32,000 nucleotides of DNA from Candidatus Photodesmus blepharonis (GTDB lineage Bacteria; Pseudomonadota; Gammaproteobacteria; Enterobacterales; Vibrionaceae), in the NCBI RefSeq assembly GCF_000731795.2, contig NZ_JGVK01000009.1:12499-44498 (forward strand), in the 5' to 3' direction. The notes under the pieces were generated by a model. The model did not search any database and was not told where the DNA came from. It was given only the letters and a program-made list of their open reading frames with translations. Numbering within the stretch: the stretch's first letter is position 1; each line of letters opens with the position of its first letter. Of this stretch, positions 1-11,884 are shown piece after piece. Position numbers and translations under genes: made by a program.

Positions 1-412
1 TTACACCTGGTGCAATAACCTCAACGGGAGCAAAATTTTTCGTTTTGATTGAACCTTTTCCATCAATAGGCTTACCTAAAGTATTTACTACGCGGCCAAG
101 CATTTCGCGACCAACCGGTACTTCAAAAACACGACCAGTACCTGTAACTTTCATACCTTCCTTCAGTTCGGTATAAGATCCCATCACTGCAGCGTCAACT
201 GAATCACGATTCAAATTGAGTGCTAAAGCATAGTAACGTCCATCTAACAGCGTAATCACTTCACCATGCATGACATCCACCAGACCATATATGCTGATAA
301 TACCATCCTTTACCGAAATTATGGTACCTTCATTTCGAACGTTACCAACGACATCAAAAGCTTCAATACGTTGCCTAATGAGATCACTAATTTCTGTAGA
401 ATTAAGTTGCAT
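1..412 (-). CDS. atpA: F1F0 ATP synthase alpha subunit, N-terminal part (runs off window edge)
   Basis: The minus-strand frame is open to position 1. ATG at 412-410 is preceded by GGAGG. Hand translation [37 protein letters not shown]...[23 protein letters not shown] mirrors the E. coli AtpA N-terminus ([16 protein letters not shown]...). It follows atpH in the canonical atpIBEFHA order. It is absent from the ORF track because no stop lies in the window. Confidence 0.93.
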   Translation of the reverse strand, partial: MQLNSTEISDLIRQRIEAFDVVGNVRNEGTIISVKDGIISIYGLVDVMHGEVITLLDGRYYALALNLNRDSVDAAVMGSYTELKEGMKVTGTGRVFEVPVGREMLGRVVNTLGKPIDGKGSIKTKNFAPVEVIAPGV

Positions 413-424
413 CTCCAACCTCCG

Positions 425-964
425 TCAAGATTGCAATATATCACTCATACGCCTTAAATAGCCACTTGCTGAATTATCAATAACTAAATCTCCTGCTCGA
501 ATAACAATCCCAGCGATCAGAGTTTTATCCACACTACAATTCAGCTGAACCTTACAATTAAAACGTCGACTAAGTTTGTTGCTAATATCTTTATGTTGAT
601 TTTTGGAAAACTTAACTGCTGACAATACATCAACATCTATTTTTCCTTCATATTTTTTTTTCAAATTTAAAAAACCTTCACAAATATCTGGAAGAATCTT
701 AAGTCGCCCGTTTTTTGCTATAATTCTAATTAAATTGCAACTATGTACATCAAGCCTATCTCCGCAAATCGAGATAAGTATTTCTGCTAATGATAAGGGA
801 GGTATAGGAAGCGAACAAGCAATCAAATCCTTAACTTCCCTGCGATTAGAAATTTTCATAACAAAGAGAAGCATTTCGGACCATTCGTCTAGCTTCTCAT
901 TAGACAGAGCGAAGTCAAACGCAGCTCTATAATAAGGACGTGCGATTGTATTAAAATTAGACAT
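425..964 (-). CDS. atpH: ATP synthase delta (OSCP) subunit
   Basis: 179 aa (E. coli 177 aa). It sits between atpF and atpA. The N-terminus (TIARPYYRAAFDFA) and C-terminus (IAGIVIRAGDLVIDNSASGYLRRMSD) are typical of the family. Confidence 0.93.
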   Translation of the reverse strand: MSNFNTIARPYYRAAFDFALSNEKLDEWSEMLLFVMKISNRREVKDLIACSLPIPPLSLAEILISICGDRLDVHSCNLIRIIAKNGRLKILPDICEGFLNLKKKYEGKIDVDVLSAVKFSKNQHKDISNKLSRRFNCKVQLNCSVDKTLIAGIVIRAGDLVIDNSASGYLRRMSDILQS

Positions 965-975
965 ACATCTCCAAA

Positions 976-1446
976 TTAAAGCTTGTTGATAATACTATTC
1001 AAAATATCATTTTGCTCATTATCATCAATAGTGCGCTTCAAGATTTTCTCTGCACCAAAGATTGCTAAAGCAGCAACTTGTTTTTGTAATTCACTAAGAA
1101 GACGAACACGTTCAACTTCAATTTCAGCCTTTGTTTGAAGAAGCATTTCTTTCTTTTGCATCTTGGCCTCCTTACATGCTTGAGCAACGATCTGAGCTCC
1201 TCGCTCATTCGCCTGTTCAAGAAGCTTAGCTGCCGTTTGTTTTGCTTCTTCTATTTTTGAAGATGCCTCTAATTTTGCTAAATCTAACTCTTGAGCAGCA
1301 CGCTTTGCGTCTAACAAACTATTAGAAATTTCTTTTTGACGCTCTTCAATAGCTTGAATTATCGGCGGCCAAACGTACTTCATACAAAACAACACAAACA
1401 TTGCAAATGAAACAGCTTGACCGAATATAGTTGCGTTCATATTCAA
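976..1446 (-). CDS. atpF: ATP synthase b subunit
   Basis: 156 aa, the same length as E. coli AtpF. It has one N-terminal TM helix followed by a long charged coiled-coil, in the expected operon position. Confidence 0.93.
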   Translation of the reverse strand: MNMNATIFGQAVSFAMFVLFCMKYVWPPIIQAIEERQKEISNSLLDAKRAAQELDLAKLEASSKIEEAKQTAAKLLEQANERGAQIVAQACKEAKMQKKEMLLQTKAEIEVERVRLLSELQKQVAALAIFGAEKILKRTIDDNEQNDILNSIINKL

Positions 1447-1512
1447 AACAGCCTCTCCTTCATAATTAGACTTAGCATGAATCAGAAAGATAGCACCCTG
1501 CTAGCAAAAATA

Positions 1513-1773
<261 letters not shown>

Positions 1774-1797
1774 CTAATCTCCACAAAATATATAAAG

Positions 1798-2987
<1,190 letters not shown>

Positions 2988-3061
2988 AAATCAATCCAAA
3001 AATATCCTAAATAAAAAATTATATTTATTTTAAACATATACCTTTCGTATAAAAAAATGGT

Positions 3062-3952
3062 TTACGCTTTAAGTTTGGCAATTAATCTCTCCAATTTCTG
3101 ATACCCATCCAGGGTAATTGTAATTTTTGACTTTCCTCCTCCAGAACAAATAATAGAAACTTTTGCACCAAGTACTTTACTGAGTCCATATGAAATTTGA
3201 TGCGTATCTATACCTCCTCTTTCTCGTGTTGTTTTTTCTAGTTCAAATGGTCCTTGAAGAGATTTTTTAACAAGTTGTTCAGTTTGGCGAACAGTTAATT
3301 TTTTACTAGCTACCATCTTTGCAATTTTAGCCTGCTTTTCCCTATCAAGCATAAGTAAAGCTCTAGCGTGCCCCATTTCTAACATTTTTTTTTGAACAAG
3401 ATCTTTAACGAATGCATCAAGTTGATTTAAACGTAGCAAATTGCTAACTGCAGCGCGAGATTTACCGATTGCATGCGCAATTTGCTGATGAGTTAACTTA
3501 AATTGATCTTGTAACTGTTCTAAAGCTTTCGCTGTATCAATGACATTGAGATTCTCACGCTGAATATTTTCGATCAAGGCTATAGCGATTGCAGAACGAT
3601 CTTCTATCTTTTTGATCAAACAGGGAACTTTTTTTAAACCTACCTGCTTAGCAGCTCTCCAGCGCCTTTCGCCAGCAATAATTTCAAAGTAATCCTGATC
3701 GATCAAACGAACTAAAATTGGTTGGATAATACCTTGAGATCGTATTGAATCTGCTAGTTCTTCCAATGTCTTTGGTACAATATTCTTACGAGGTTGATAG
3801 ATTCCTGGCTTAAGCTGCGAAATAGACAGATCTACTAGTTCGCTATCTGAAGACAATTTTTCCTTCCGAGAAATCAAATATTGTTTTTCATGAACTAATG
3901 AACTAGTAGCCAATAAAGCTTCTAGCCCTTTTCCCAAACCACGTTTAGACAT
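3062..3952 (-). CDS. parB: chromosome partitioning protein ParB (parS-binding, CTPase family)
   Basis: 296 aa with the ParB box IIAGERRWRAA, a central HTH region (QQIAHAIGKSRAAVSNLLRL), and adjacency to parA. Confidence 0.93.
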   Translation of the reverse strand: MSKRGLGKGLEALLATSSLVHEKQYLISRKEKLSSDSELVDLSISQLKPGIYQPRKNIVPKTLEELADSIRSQGIIQPILVRLIDQDYFEIIAGERRWRAAKQVGLKKVPCLIKKIEDRSAIAIALIENIQRENLNVIDTAKALEQLQDQFKLTHQQIAHAIGKSRAAVSNLLRLNQLDAFVKDLVQKKMLEMGHARALLMLDREKQAKIAKMVASKKLTVRQTEQLVKKSLQGPFELEKTTRERGGIDTHQISYGLSKVLGAKVSIICSGGGKSKITITLDGYQKLERLIAKLKA

Positions 3953-3970
3953 ATGATCGCATTCCTTAAT

Positions 3971-4750
3971 TTATGCAAGTATCTCTTGACGGCGCAGCAT
4001 TTCTCCAGCTAAAGCCAAGTATGCTTTAGCACCTGATGAATATTTATCATAATACATAGCAGATTTACCATGACTCGGTGCTTCAGCTAAACGAACATTA
4101 CGAGGAATAACTGTTCGGTATACTTTCTGGCCAAAGTGTTTTTTCAATTGATCGGATACTTCACTTGAAAGTCTATTACGTGGATCGTACATAGTTCTCA
4201 ACAAACCCTCAATTTTTAGATTCGAGTTTACTACTGCTACAAGCTTGCTAATGGTATCCATTAATGCGCTTAAACCTTCAAGAGCAAAGTATTCACACTG
4301 GATAGGTACCAAAACTGAATCTGCAGCAGCCATAGCATTAATCGTAAGAAGATTTAAAGAGGGAGGACAATCAATAAAAATAAAATCATAATCGCAACGC
4401 ACTGGATCAATAATGTGTTTAAGACGCACTTCTCGTGCGAAAACTTCCATTAACTTAATTTCAACTGCAGTCACATCACTATTAGATGCAATTAGGTCAT
4501 AATGGCCAGACGTTTTTCGACATACTACTTCCTCAAAAGATACCTCTTCCACTAGTAACTCATAAACGGTAGCTTCAACTCGATATTTGTCAACACCGCT
4601 AGCCATAGTAGCATTACCTTGAGGATCAAGGTCCACGACTAATACTTTACGTCTAGTAGCAGCCATTGAAGCTGCTAAATTAACGCAAGTTGTTGTTTTT
4701 CCTACACCACCTTTTTGATTGGCGATAGCTACAATTCTTCCCACAAACAT
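3971..4750 (-). CDS. parA: chromosome partitioning ATPase ParA/Soj
   Basis: 259 aa with the deviant Walker A NQKGGVGKTT and a Walker B-like FIFIDCPPS; it lies upstream of parB. Confidence 0.93.
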   Translation of the reverse strand: MFVGRIVAIANQKGGVGKTTTCVNLAASMAATRRKVLVVDLDPQGNATMASGVDKYRVEATVYELLVEEVSFEEVVCRKTSGHYDLIASNSDVTAVEIKLMEVFAREVRLKHIIDPVRCDYDFIFIDCPPSLNLLTINAMAAADSVLVPIQCEYFALEGLSALMDTISKLVAVVNSNLKIEGLLRTMYDPRNRLSSEVSDQLKKHFGQKVYRTVIPRNVRLAEAPSHGKSAMYYDKYSSGAKAYLALAGEMLRRQEILA

Positions 4751-4759
4751 ACCTCGTTG

Positions 4760-5392
4760 TTATACCTTGCGTGATAAAATTACAAGGTGACGATCACCTT
4801 CTAATTCGGGAATTTCCAAAAAATTTATATCAACAACAGAACACCATGTTGGAAGTGCGAGAATCTCATCTCGTGGTAATTGACCTTTTAGCGCTAAAAA
4901 TACACCAGAATCCAGTTTTGGTAAATGATAACACCATTCAACCATTCTGGACATTGAAGCAAATGCACGACTAAGTACGCCATCAAATCTTTCTTCTGGT
5001 TGAAACTCTTTGACACAACTTTTAATGGGAACTACATTTTTTATGCTAAGTTCATATTGAACTTGTTGAACAAAACGTATGCGTTTTCCTAAGGAATCCA
5101 ACAAAACAAATTCCTTATTAGGATTTATAATTGCCAGCGGAATACCAGGTAAACCTGGACCAGTTCCTACATCTATCAAACGTTCTCCTTTAAGGTAAGT
5201 ATTTACGGAAAGGCTATCAAGAATATGTTTAGTCAGCATTTCCATAGGATCGCGCACTGATGTTAGATTATAAACTTGATTCCACTTATTTAATAACTTA
5301 ACATAATCAAATAATTGATTCCGTTGATCTTCACTGATTTCTAAATTAAGTTTAACCAACAGTTGATCAAGCCTTTTTCTTAAGAAATTCAT
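4760..5392 (-). CDS. rsmG: 16S rRNA (G527-N7) methyltransferase RsmG (GidB)
   Basis: 210 aa with the SAM-binding motif [15 protein letters not shown]; it starts 1 nt after the mnmG stop. Confidence 0.92.
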   Translation of the reverse strand: MNFLRKRLDQLLVKLNLEISEDQRNQLFDYVKLLNKWNQVYNLTSVRDPMEMLTKHILDSLSVNTYLKGERLIDVGTGPGLPGIPLAIINPNKEFVLLDSLGKRIRFVQQVQYELSIKNVVPIKSCVKEFQPEERFDGVLSRAFASMSRMVEWCYHLPKLDSGVFLALKGQLPRDEILALPTWCSVVDINFLEIPELEGDRHLVILSRKV

Positions 5393-5393
5393 T

Positions 5394-7289
5394 CTATTTT
5401 TCCCTGATTTTCTTCAAAATTCCTTGTTTTTTTAGATAAATAAGTAAAATTGAGATCGTTGCGGGCGTTATTCCAGGAATTCTTGAAGCAATACCAATTG
5501 TTTCAGGTTTTCTTGCGCTAAGCTTTGAAACTACTTCATTCGATAACCCTTTCATTTTTTTATAATCAAGATTGAGTGGTAATTTTGTGTGTTCATTACG
5601 AAGTAACTTCTCAACTTCATCTCTCTGACGCAAAATATAACCTTCATATTTTATTTGAATTTCAACTTGTTCAGACGCTTGTGAATCTTTCAGCTTTGGA
5701 GTGAAACTTTCTAACTCTGTTAATTTCGCATAGTTAATTTCGGGACGACGCAATAAATCCTCACCGTTTACTTCATGAGATATAGGTTGCTTGAACAGAT
5801 CGTTGAGTTTATCGATTTCTTTTGAATTAGGATTAATCCAAATATCTTTTAAACGTTGCCTTTCAAGCTCAATATTATTTAGTTTCTCATTAAATCTATG
5901 CCAGCGAACATCACTAATAAGGCCTAAATCACGCGCCTTTTCAGTGAGGCGTATATCAGCATTGTCTTCACGTAACAACAGACGATACTCAGCACGTGAT
6001 GTAAACATACGATATGGTTCTTTTGTACCTATAGTCGATAAATCATCGATTAATACACCTATATATGCTTGATCGCGTCGTAAATTGAACCCTTCTTTTC
6101 CTTGGCTATATAAACTTGCATTTATACCGGCTATCAAACCCTGCGCTGCTGCTTCTTCATAACCTGTAGTACCGTTGATCTGACCAGCGAAAAATAAACC
6201 ATGGATCAATTTAGTTTCACATGTTTGTTTAAGATCACGAGGATCGAAAAAATCGTATTCAATCGCGTAACCAGGACGAGTAATATGGGCATGTTCAAAC
6301 CCTTCTATCGATTGAACCATTTGAATTTGGATATCCAATGGTAAGCTAGTGGAAATTCCATTAGGGTAGAGCTCTTGAGTATTTAATCCCTCTGGTTCAA
6401 TAAAGACCTGATGATTCCTTTTATCAGGAAAGCGCACAATTTTGTCTTCAATTGATGGACAATAGCGTGGACCAATTCCTTTAATTGAGCCTGTATAAAT
6501 AGGACTCTGATGAAGATTCAAACGAATTATATTATGAGTATTCTTATTAGTGTGAGCAACAAAACAGGGAACTTGATCTGGATGTTGATTACTTTTCCCT
6601 AAAAAGGAAAACACAGGAGTGGGGCTATCCCCGTGCTGTACCTTCAAAACCGAAAAATCGACACTTCGTGCATCAATGCGTGGTGGTGTGCCTGTTTTTA
6701 AACGCTGAACGTTAAAAGGTAATTCTTGAAAATAATTGGCTAAATTAAACGATGCAGGATCTCCTGAGCGACCTCCTGAGAAGTTTTTCATACCTATATG
6801 TAGCTTTCCCCTAAGAAATGTACCAACGGTCAATACAATAGCTGGAGCGTTGAGTTTGAAACCAATTTGGGTAATAACACCAGTAATTTTTCCATTTTTA
6901 ATAACGAGTTCATCAACAGTCTGTTGAAAGAGAAACAAGTGAGGAGTATTTTCCAAAATATTACGAATATACTTTTTATAAAGTGAGCGATCAGCTTGTG
7001 CTCGCGTTGCACGAACTGCATAACCTTTTGAGGAATTCAAAATTTTAAATTGAATACCTGAATGATCAATAGCCTGAGCCATTACTCCTCCCATCGCATC
7101 AACTTCTTTAACCAAATGGCTTTTACCTATACCACCAATGGAAGGATTGCAGGACATTTGTCCAATAGTATCAATATTATGAGTAAGTAACAGCGTATGT
7201 TGTTGCATACGTGCTGCGGCGAGTGCTGCTTCTGTACCTGCATGTCCACCACCAACAACAATTACATCAAACTTTGTATTATTAAGCAC
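5394..7289 (-). CDS. mnmG: tRNA uridine-5-carboxymethylaminomethyl modification enzyme MnmG (GidA)
   Basis: 631 aa (E. coli 629) with the N-terminal FAD fold [14 protein letters not shown]; it flanks the origin as gidA does in E. coli. Confidence 0.96.
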   Translation of the reverse strand: MLNNTKFDVIVVGGGHAGTEAALAAARMQQHTLLLTHNIDTIGQMSCNPSIGGIGKSHLVKEVDAMGGVMAQAIDHSGIQFKILNSSKGYAVRATRAQADRSLYKKYIRNILENTPHLFLFQQTVDELVIKNGKITGVITQIGFKLNAPAIVLTVGTFLRGKLHIGMKNFSGGRSGDPASFNLANYFQELPFNVQRLKTGTPPRIDARSVDFSVLKVQHGDSPTPVFSFLGKSNQHPDQVPCFVAHTNKNTHNIIRLNLHQSPIYTGSIKGIGPRYCPSIEDKIVRFPDKRNHQVFIEPEGLNTQELYPNGISTSLPLDIQIQMVQSIEGFEHAHITRPGYAIEYDFFDPRDLKQTCETKLIHGLFFAGQINGTTGYEEAAAQGLIAGINASLYSQGKEGFNLRRDQAYIGVLIDDLSTIGTKEPYRMFTSRAEYRLLLREDNADIRLTEKARDLGLISDVRWHRFNEKLNNIELERQRLKDIWINPNSKEIDKLNDLFKQPISHEVNGEDLLRRPEINYAKLTELESFTPKLKDSQASEQVEIQIKYEGYILRQRDEVEKLLRNEHTKLPLNLDYKKMKGLSNEVVSKLSARKPETIGIASRIPGITPATISILLIYLKKQGILKKIREK

Positions 7290-7380
7290 ATATTACCTCA
7301 AGTATCTTATTGAGTGAATTTCAAGAAGTAACATTCTACCTTTTTTTATTGCGCGATAATATGATTTTACACTAAGTGTA

Positions 7381-7431
7381 ATAATATATATTAATATAGA
7401 TCTATTATATTTATTATTAGGTTTTTCTACT
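7381..7431. promoter_or_regulatory. DNA unwinding element with 13-mer-like repeat
   Basis: 7381-7420 contains only 2 G/C in 40 bp. GATCTATTATATT at 7399-7411 fits the E. coli 13-mer consensus GATCTnTTnTTTT, is followed by TTATTAG, and lies immediately left of box R1. Confidence 0.7.
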
Positions 7432-7529
7432 TTTGTGGATAACTCAAATATGATCAATTAGATCATGAACTTTAAGTTGATCATACTAAGTGATCTTTTG
7501 TGTGATCATAATGAGGATTAGCTGGGATC
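7399..7529. repeat. GATC (Dam/SeqA-type) site cluster
   Basis: GATC occurs at 7399, 7452, 7461, 7479, 7492, 7504 and 7526, which is 7 sites in 131 bp. There are none in the rest of the spacer. At this base composition roughly one per 300 bp would be expected. Confidence 0.8.
7434..7442 (-). promoter_or_regulatory. DnaA box, R1 equivalent (perfect TTATCCACA on minus strand)
   Basis: TGTGGATAA is read on the plus strand, a 9/9 match to the consensus, and it abuts the DUE as R1 does in E. coli. Confidence 0.85.
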
Positions 7530-7540
7530 AAAACAAGGAG

Positions 7541-7549
7541 TTATACATA
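7541..7549 (+). promoter_or_regulatory. DnaA box, R2 equivalent (TTATACATA, 8/9)
   Basis: One mismatch to TTATNCACA. It is embedded in the block homologous to the E. coli R2 context. Confidence 0.7.
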
Positions 7550-7572
7550 GAAATAAAAAAAATACATATTAT

Positions 7573-7581
7573 AAAGGATAA
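7573..7581 (-). promoter_or_regulatory. DnaA box, R3-like (AAAGGATAA; TTATCCTTT on minus strand)
   Basis: The context AAAGGATAACGAC resembles E. coli R3 TTTGGATAACTAC; 7/9 to consensus. Confidence 0.45.
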
Positions 7582-7611
7582 CGACTTAATTATTACCAGA
7601 TAATATATATG

Positions 7612-7620
7612 TTATTCACA
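7612..7620 (+). promoter_or_regulatory. DnaA box, R4 equivalent (TTATTCACA)
   Basis: Fits TTATNCACA 9/9 and is the rightmost box, 83 bp from the mnmE stop. Confidence 0.75.
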
Positions 7621-7702
7621 GGTTGTCTTTTAAATAAAAAAAGAATTTACACCTAATCATTATTTGGTTTCTGTTAAGATTGCTATGAATAGAAAAGCTT
7701 AT

Positions 7703-9055
7703 TTACTTCCCTATACAAAATGAGGAGAAAATTTTTTCAAGTAAATCGTCAGAACTAAATTTTCCTGTAATTTCATTAAGATATTGTTGAGATATTCTCA
7801 ATTCTTCCGCTAAAATATCATCTGTGATACAACTGAGATTCTTTTGGCTTTTATGCAAATGTCTTAAAGCTTGTTCTAGAGCATCTATATGCCGACGACG
7901 TGCCATGAAGTTTCCTTCATTGCTCCCTAAAAAATTCATACGTTCTTTAAAATGCTTTTTTAGCGTATCTATGCCTTCTCCAGTTTTGGCTGAAAGACGA
8001 ATCAAAGTTGGAGATCTAGCGTGAGATATGCCAGGATTTTCATCAGTTTGATCAATCTTATTGCGAACAATAGTTATCTTAGCGTTACTCGATATCTTTT
8101 GAATAAAATCTAGATAAACTTTGTTGCTTGCGTTTGGAGATATAGCATCAATTACAAAAAGTATTTGATCGGCCTGTTTTATTTCTTTCCAAGCCCTTTC
8201 AACACCAATTTTTTCAACTGGATCAGAGGAATTGCAGAGTCCAGCTGTATCAAGTATATGTAACGGCATACCATCAATATGTATGTGTTCACGTAAAATA
8301 TCACGTGTTGTACCAGGAATTTCAGTTACAATAGCCGATTCTTTTCCTGATAGTGCATTAAGTAAGCTTGATTTGCCAGCGTTAGGGAGGCCAGCAATTA
8401 CCACTTGCATTCCATCACGGATGATAATTCCTTGATTAGCTTCTTGTCGTATTTTTTCTAGATTTTCAATAATTTTTTGTAAATCATTATACATTCTGTC
8501 AGTGTCTAGAAGGTCAATCGTCTCTTCAGGAAAATCGATGATAGCTTCAACATGTATGCGTAAATTAATTAATGATTTTGAAATAATCTGAATGCGTTTG
8601 GAAAATTCTCCTTGAAAAGATTTAAATGCTGATCTAGCGGCTTCTTTTGAAGTAGCGTTGATTAGATCGGCTATTGCTTCTGCTTGAATAAGATCTATTT
8701 TTCCATTAAGAAAAGCACGTTCAGAAAATTCTCCAGGGCGAGCTAATCTGACATTTGGAATTTTTAGAATACGATTGATTAACATATCTATCATAACAGG
8801 GCTACCGTGGCCTTGAAGTTCCAGCACATCTTCTCCAGTAAATGAATACGGTCCTGGAAAGTACAGGGCAATGCCCTTATCTAACTCTGCACCATCTTCA
8901 GATTTAAAAGAAAGATACTCGGCGTAACGAGGTTGAAGTATTTTTCCAGTGACTTTAAGTGCGATTTTTGCGCTTTTAGGTCCCGATATGCGCACAATTC
9001 CGATACCAGCACGACCTTGTGATGTAGCTGGAGCAACGATAGTATCTCTAGTCAT
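7703..9055 (-). CDS. mnmE: tRNA modification GTPase MnmE (TrmE/ThdF)
   Basis: 450 aa with G-domain motifs [16 protein letters not shown] and NKID, plus the C-terminal CIGK tetrapeptide diagnostic of MnmE. Confidence 0.96.
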   Translation of the reverse strand: MTRDTIVAPATSQGRAGIGIVRISGPKSAKIALKVTGKILQPRYAEYLSFKSEDGAELDKGIALYFPGPYSFTGEDVLELQGHGSPVMIDMLINRILKIPNVRLARPGEFSERAFLNGKIDLIQAEAIADLINATSKEAARSAFKSFQGEFSKRIQIISKSLINLRIHVEAIIDFPEETIDLLDTDRMYNDLQKIIENLEKIRQEANQGIIIRDGMQVVIAGLPNAGKSSLLNALSGKESAIVTEIPGTTRDILREHIHIDGMPLHILDTAGLCNSSDPVEKIGVERAWKEIKQADQILFVIDAISPNASNKVYLDFIQKISSNAKITIVRNKIDQTDENPGISHARSPTLIRLSAKTGEGIDTLKKHFKERMNFLGSNEGNFMARRRHIDALEQALRHLHKSQKNLSCITDDILAEELRISQQYLNEITGKFSSDDLLEKIFSSFCIGK

Positions 9056-9100
9056 AATTGTGCTTACTCAGAATAAACCACATGATGTAGAATTAATAAT

Positions 9101-10720
9101 TTAGAGTGTAATCCCTTCTTTATACAAAGTTTTGTAAATTAACGTTTGTTGAATGAGAGTAACAATGTTAGAGACTAACCAGTATAAAACGAGACCTGAT
9201 GGAAACCAAAGAAAAAAGAAAGTAAATACGATGGGCATAAACGTCATAATTTTTTTCTGCATTGGATCGGTTATTGTTGTTGGACTCATTTTTTGTATGA
9301 GAAACATGGAAGCACCCATTAAAATAGGTAAGATGAAATATGGATCTTGAGACGAAAGGTCACGAATCCAAGCAAAAAAGGGTGAATGACGTAGTTCAAC
9401 AGATTCCATGAGTGCCCAGTAGAGAGAGATGAAAATCGGCATCTGTAGGATAATCGGCAAACAACCTCCAATTGGGTTCACTTTTTCTCTTTTATATAGC
9501 TCCATCATTTCTTGACTCATACGTTGACGGTCGTTTCCAAGCCGTTCACGCATCGCTTGTAGTTTAGGTTGAAGAACTCGCATTTTAGCCATAGAGGTAT
9601 ATTGGGCTTTTGTTAGAGAATACATAGCGCCACGAACGATAAAGGTGAGTATGATGATTGCTATTCCCCAGTTTCCGACGAAGCTTTGGATAAAGGAAAG
9701 CAACGTATGCAATGGTTTTGCGATAAACCATAGCCAACCATAATCAACTACTAGGTCGAGATTTTTTGCTATTGCTTCCATTTCTTTTTGTAATTTTGGT
9801 CCAACCCAAAGTGTTAGCATGAATTTCTCAGTCTTGCCGCTAGCAATGGTTTTACTAGGTATTCGAATACCAATGTCTGCAATATTGTTAATTACGCGAG
9901 TGTATAAATTAGCATTTGCTTCAAATCTTGGGATCCATGCTGCTGCAAAATAATGTTGAATCATTGCGATCCAGCCTTCCCCATCAGGCAAATTTAGAGA
10001 CAGGTTATTTTTTTTCATATCTTTGAAGCTATATTTTTTGTAGCGAGTATCCTGTGTTGAGTATGCTCCACCCAGATATGTCGGAAGTGTTATACTACCT
10101 CCAGAGTCCATTAAATTTTGACGTAGATGAGCGTAGATACCGACAGTTGAATTATAATCCGAGTTATTAACTACATCAAATTCAACATCGATCGCATACT
10201 GATTACGTTTTAAAATGAACGTTTTGGTGTACCTTAAGCCATCTTTTTGATAGCTAAGAGGAACACGTATTTCATCTTCCCCATCAGCTAATATGAAATT
10301 TCTCTTGCTCGTTTGATAATGGGGGCGGTTACTACTGCTTAAATCGATTCCTTGAGGGCCGATTAGACCACTTTGGGCGATGAATTTGTGATCTGGAGTA
10401 TTTTTTAGCAATGTGAATTTTTCTGAGGAATTGAGTTCAGCAGAGTATTTGTTTAGATTTGCCTCCACTACATCTCCTCCAAATGTACTAATTAACAGAG
10501 TTAAAACATCGGTGGTTACTTTAATTACGTCTGTAGATGGTAACAGTTCGCCCGCTAGAGTAGACTGACTAGCAACGGATGATTGAGATGTGGTATCGCT
10601 ACTGAGTTCTCTTTGTTCAGTTGCTTTGTGTATTGTATTCTTAGATGCTGACCATTGTTGGAACAATAAAAATGAAACTAATGCCAAAGAGATTAAAAGG
10701 ATATTGCGTTGAGAATCCAT
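9101..10720 (-). CDS. yidC: membrane protein insertase YidC
   Basis: 539 aa with an N-terminal TM helix, a large periplasmic domain and a conserved C-terminal 5-TM core ([22 protein letters not shown]); it sits in the rpmH-rnpA-yidD-yidC-mnmE order. Confidence 0.95.
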   Translation of the reverse strand: MDSQRNILLISLALVSFLLFQQWSASKNTIHKATEQRELSSDTTSQSSVASQSTLAGELLPSTDVIKVTTDVLTLLISTFGGDVVEANLNKYSAELNSSEKFTLLKNTPDHKFIAQSGLIGPQGIDLSSSNRPHYQTSKRNFILADGEDEIRVPLSYQKDGLRYTKTFILKRNQYAIDVEFDVVNNSDYNSTVGIYAHLRQNLMDSGGSITLPTYLGGAYSTQDTRYKKYSFKDMKKNNLSLNLPDGEGWIAMIQHYFAAAWIPRFEANANLYTRVINNIADIGIRIPSKTIASGKTEKFMLTLWVGPKLQKEMEAIAKNLDLVVDYGWLWFIAKPLHTLLSFIQSFVGNWGIAIIILTFIVRGAMYSLTKAQYTSMAKMRVLQPKLQAMRERLGNDRQRMSQEMMELYKREKVNPIGGCLPIILQMPIFISLYWALMESVELRHSPFFAWIRDLSSQDPYFILPILMGASMFLIQKMSPTTITDPMQKKIMTFMPIVFTFFFLWFPSGLVLYWLVSNIVTLIQQTLIYKTLYKEGITL

Positions 10721-10722
10721 CG

Positions 10723-10980
10723 TTATTTGTCTCGGTCTTGTTGTAGGATTTGTGGGACAGGGTCTTTCCCCCCTTTACATAGAGGATGGCATTTTAATAG
10801 ACGCTTGACTAATAACCAAGTTCCTTTTATGAAGCCGTGAATTTTTAGTGCTTCTATTGCATATAAGGAGCAGGTTGGATCAAATTGACACCGAGGAGCT
10901 ATTAGAGGGCTAATCGTCAGTCTGTATAGGTAGATAAACTTAATAGTTATCCATGATAGGGGAGAGAGAAGCGAATCCAT
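10723..10980 (-). CDS. yidD: membrane protein insertion efficiency factor YidD
   Basis: 85 aa with ISPL...C.F.PTCS.Y..EA and the C-terminal KCHP..GG.DPVP pattern, as in E. coli YidD. It overlaps the rnpA 3' end by 34 nt. Confidence 0.88.
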   Translation of the reverse strand: MDSLLSPLSWITIKFIYLYRLTISPLIAPRCQFDPTCSLYAIEALKIHGFIKGTWLLVKRLLKCHPLCKGGKDPVPQILQQDRDK

Positions 10981-11303
10981 AGTTTATCAAATAGTTTGAA
11001 GGTTTCATTATTGCTTAAAGTTTGTGTATCTTTTTTCGCAATTACAACAAAATCTTTATGAGGAAGTTTATGCTGGTTTTGACGAAAGCTTTCGCGAGCG
11101 AGACGTTTAAAATTATTACGGGCAACGGAAGTCCTGATTTGTTTTTTAGGGACAGCTAATCCTAATCTTGGTTTCGACAGAGCGTTATCACGAGAAACTA
11201 TAGTAAAATACAACGAACTCACACGGCGAGCTTGCTTAAAAACGTGTTGATAATGCTCCGGAGTTAATAAACGTAACTCCTTGTCAAATTTATGTGTATG
11301 CAA
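10947..11303 (-). CDS. rnpA: RNase P protein component
   Basis: 118 aa basic protein (E. coli 119) located immediately after rpmH. The annotated start at 11303 is a TTG, so the start is slightly uncertain. Confidence 0.9.
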   Translation of the reverse strand: MHTHKFDKELRLLTPEHYQHVFKQARRVSSLYFTIVSRDNALSKPRLGLAVPKKQIRTSVARNNFKRLARESFRQNQHKLPHKDFVVIAKKDTQTLSNNETFKLFDKLWIRFSLPYHG

Positions 11304-11316
11304 AATTAGTTAATAG

Positions 11317-11451
11317 CTACTTTGATAGTCGTATACGGCCTTTTGCACGACGTGCATTAATGATTTTACGACCATTTTTAGTAGCCATACGTGCACGGAA
11401 TCCATGAGTACGACTGCGCTTTAGAACTGTAGGTTGAAAAGTGCGTTTCAT
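11317..11451 (-). CDS. rpmH: 50S ribosomal protein L34
   Basis: This gene is below the ORF-track length cutoff. Hand translation from ATG (11451-11449) gives [44 protein letters not shown] followed by TAG, 44 aa, a near-invariant L34 sequence. An AAGAAGG SD lies upstream. Confidence 0.95.
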   Translation of the reverse strand: MKRTFQPTVLKRSRTHGFRARMATKNGRKIINARRAKGRIRLSK

Positions 11452-11871
11452 TATTGATACCTTCTTACTTGTTTTACTTTTTATTTTACCGTTTACAGCG
11501 TGGACCTTCCCAATATTTTTTGTGGGGAAATCATTAAGACCTATATAGAAACCATATTCTACTAAACCAAAAGCACACTTTAAATAAAATCTCGTACAAT
11601 GCTAACTTGCTTGAAAAAAAATTGCAAACAAGTAGGCAATATTCTAGCAAACCTTCTAAATTATTATGGATAGTAGCAGTGTTTTTAGGATTGAATCACA
11701 TTTACTTGGGCTCTAAAGACAGAGACTGTATTTTAGAAAAAAATTGCGATATGTAAATGATTGAACTTGTAATTTGGAGTTTATTTTTTTATGCGTTTGA
11801 TTCAAAGTGGTTAGAGAAAATTTACTTGTATTGTGTGGTGTTTTTGTTGTTGTAATTACATAAAGAAAAAT

Positions 11872-11880
11872 TGTGAATAA
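11872..11880 (-). promoter_or_regulatory. DnaA box in dnaA upstream region (TGTGAATAA = TTATTCACA on minus strand)
   Basis: Fits the TTATNCACA consensus and lies about 105 bp upstream of the dnaA GTG start, the classical position for dnaA autoregulation. Confidence 0.65.
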
Positions 11881-11884
11881 CTTT

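Larger units (their letters stand above)
7290..7702. other. oriC: chromosomal replication origin oriC (E. coli/Vibrio type)
   Basis: 413 bp ORF-free spacer next to mnmG. From left to right it carries an AT-rich DUE, four DnaA boxes in the same order and orientation as E. coli R1-R4 spanning 187 bp, and 7 GATC sites. Bases 7517-7549 (ATTAGCTGGGATCAAAACAAGGAGTTATACATA) align without gaps to the E. coli oriC R2 region as I recall it (ATAAGCTGGGATCAGAATGAGGGGTTATACACA), 27/33. Confidence 0.85.

Noticed and set aside
266-461. Two overlapping 63-aa plus-strand ORFs at the left edge.
   Set aside because: They are antisense to the atpA N-terminal coding region and the atpH-atpA junction. The minus-strand frame there translates into a textbook AtpA N-terminus.
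653-661. A T9 homopolymer inside atpH (A9 in the mRNA, encoding KKK), a potential slippage or frameshift site.
   Set aside because: The reading frame is intact across the tract and the protein is full length, so there is no evidence of a frameshift or pseudogenisation.
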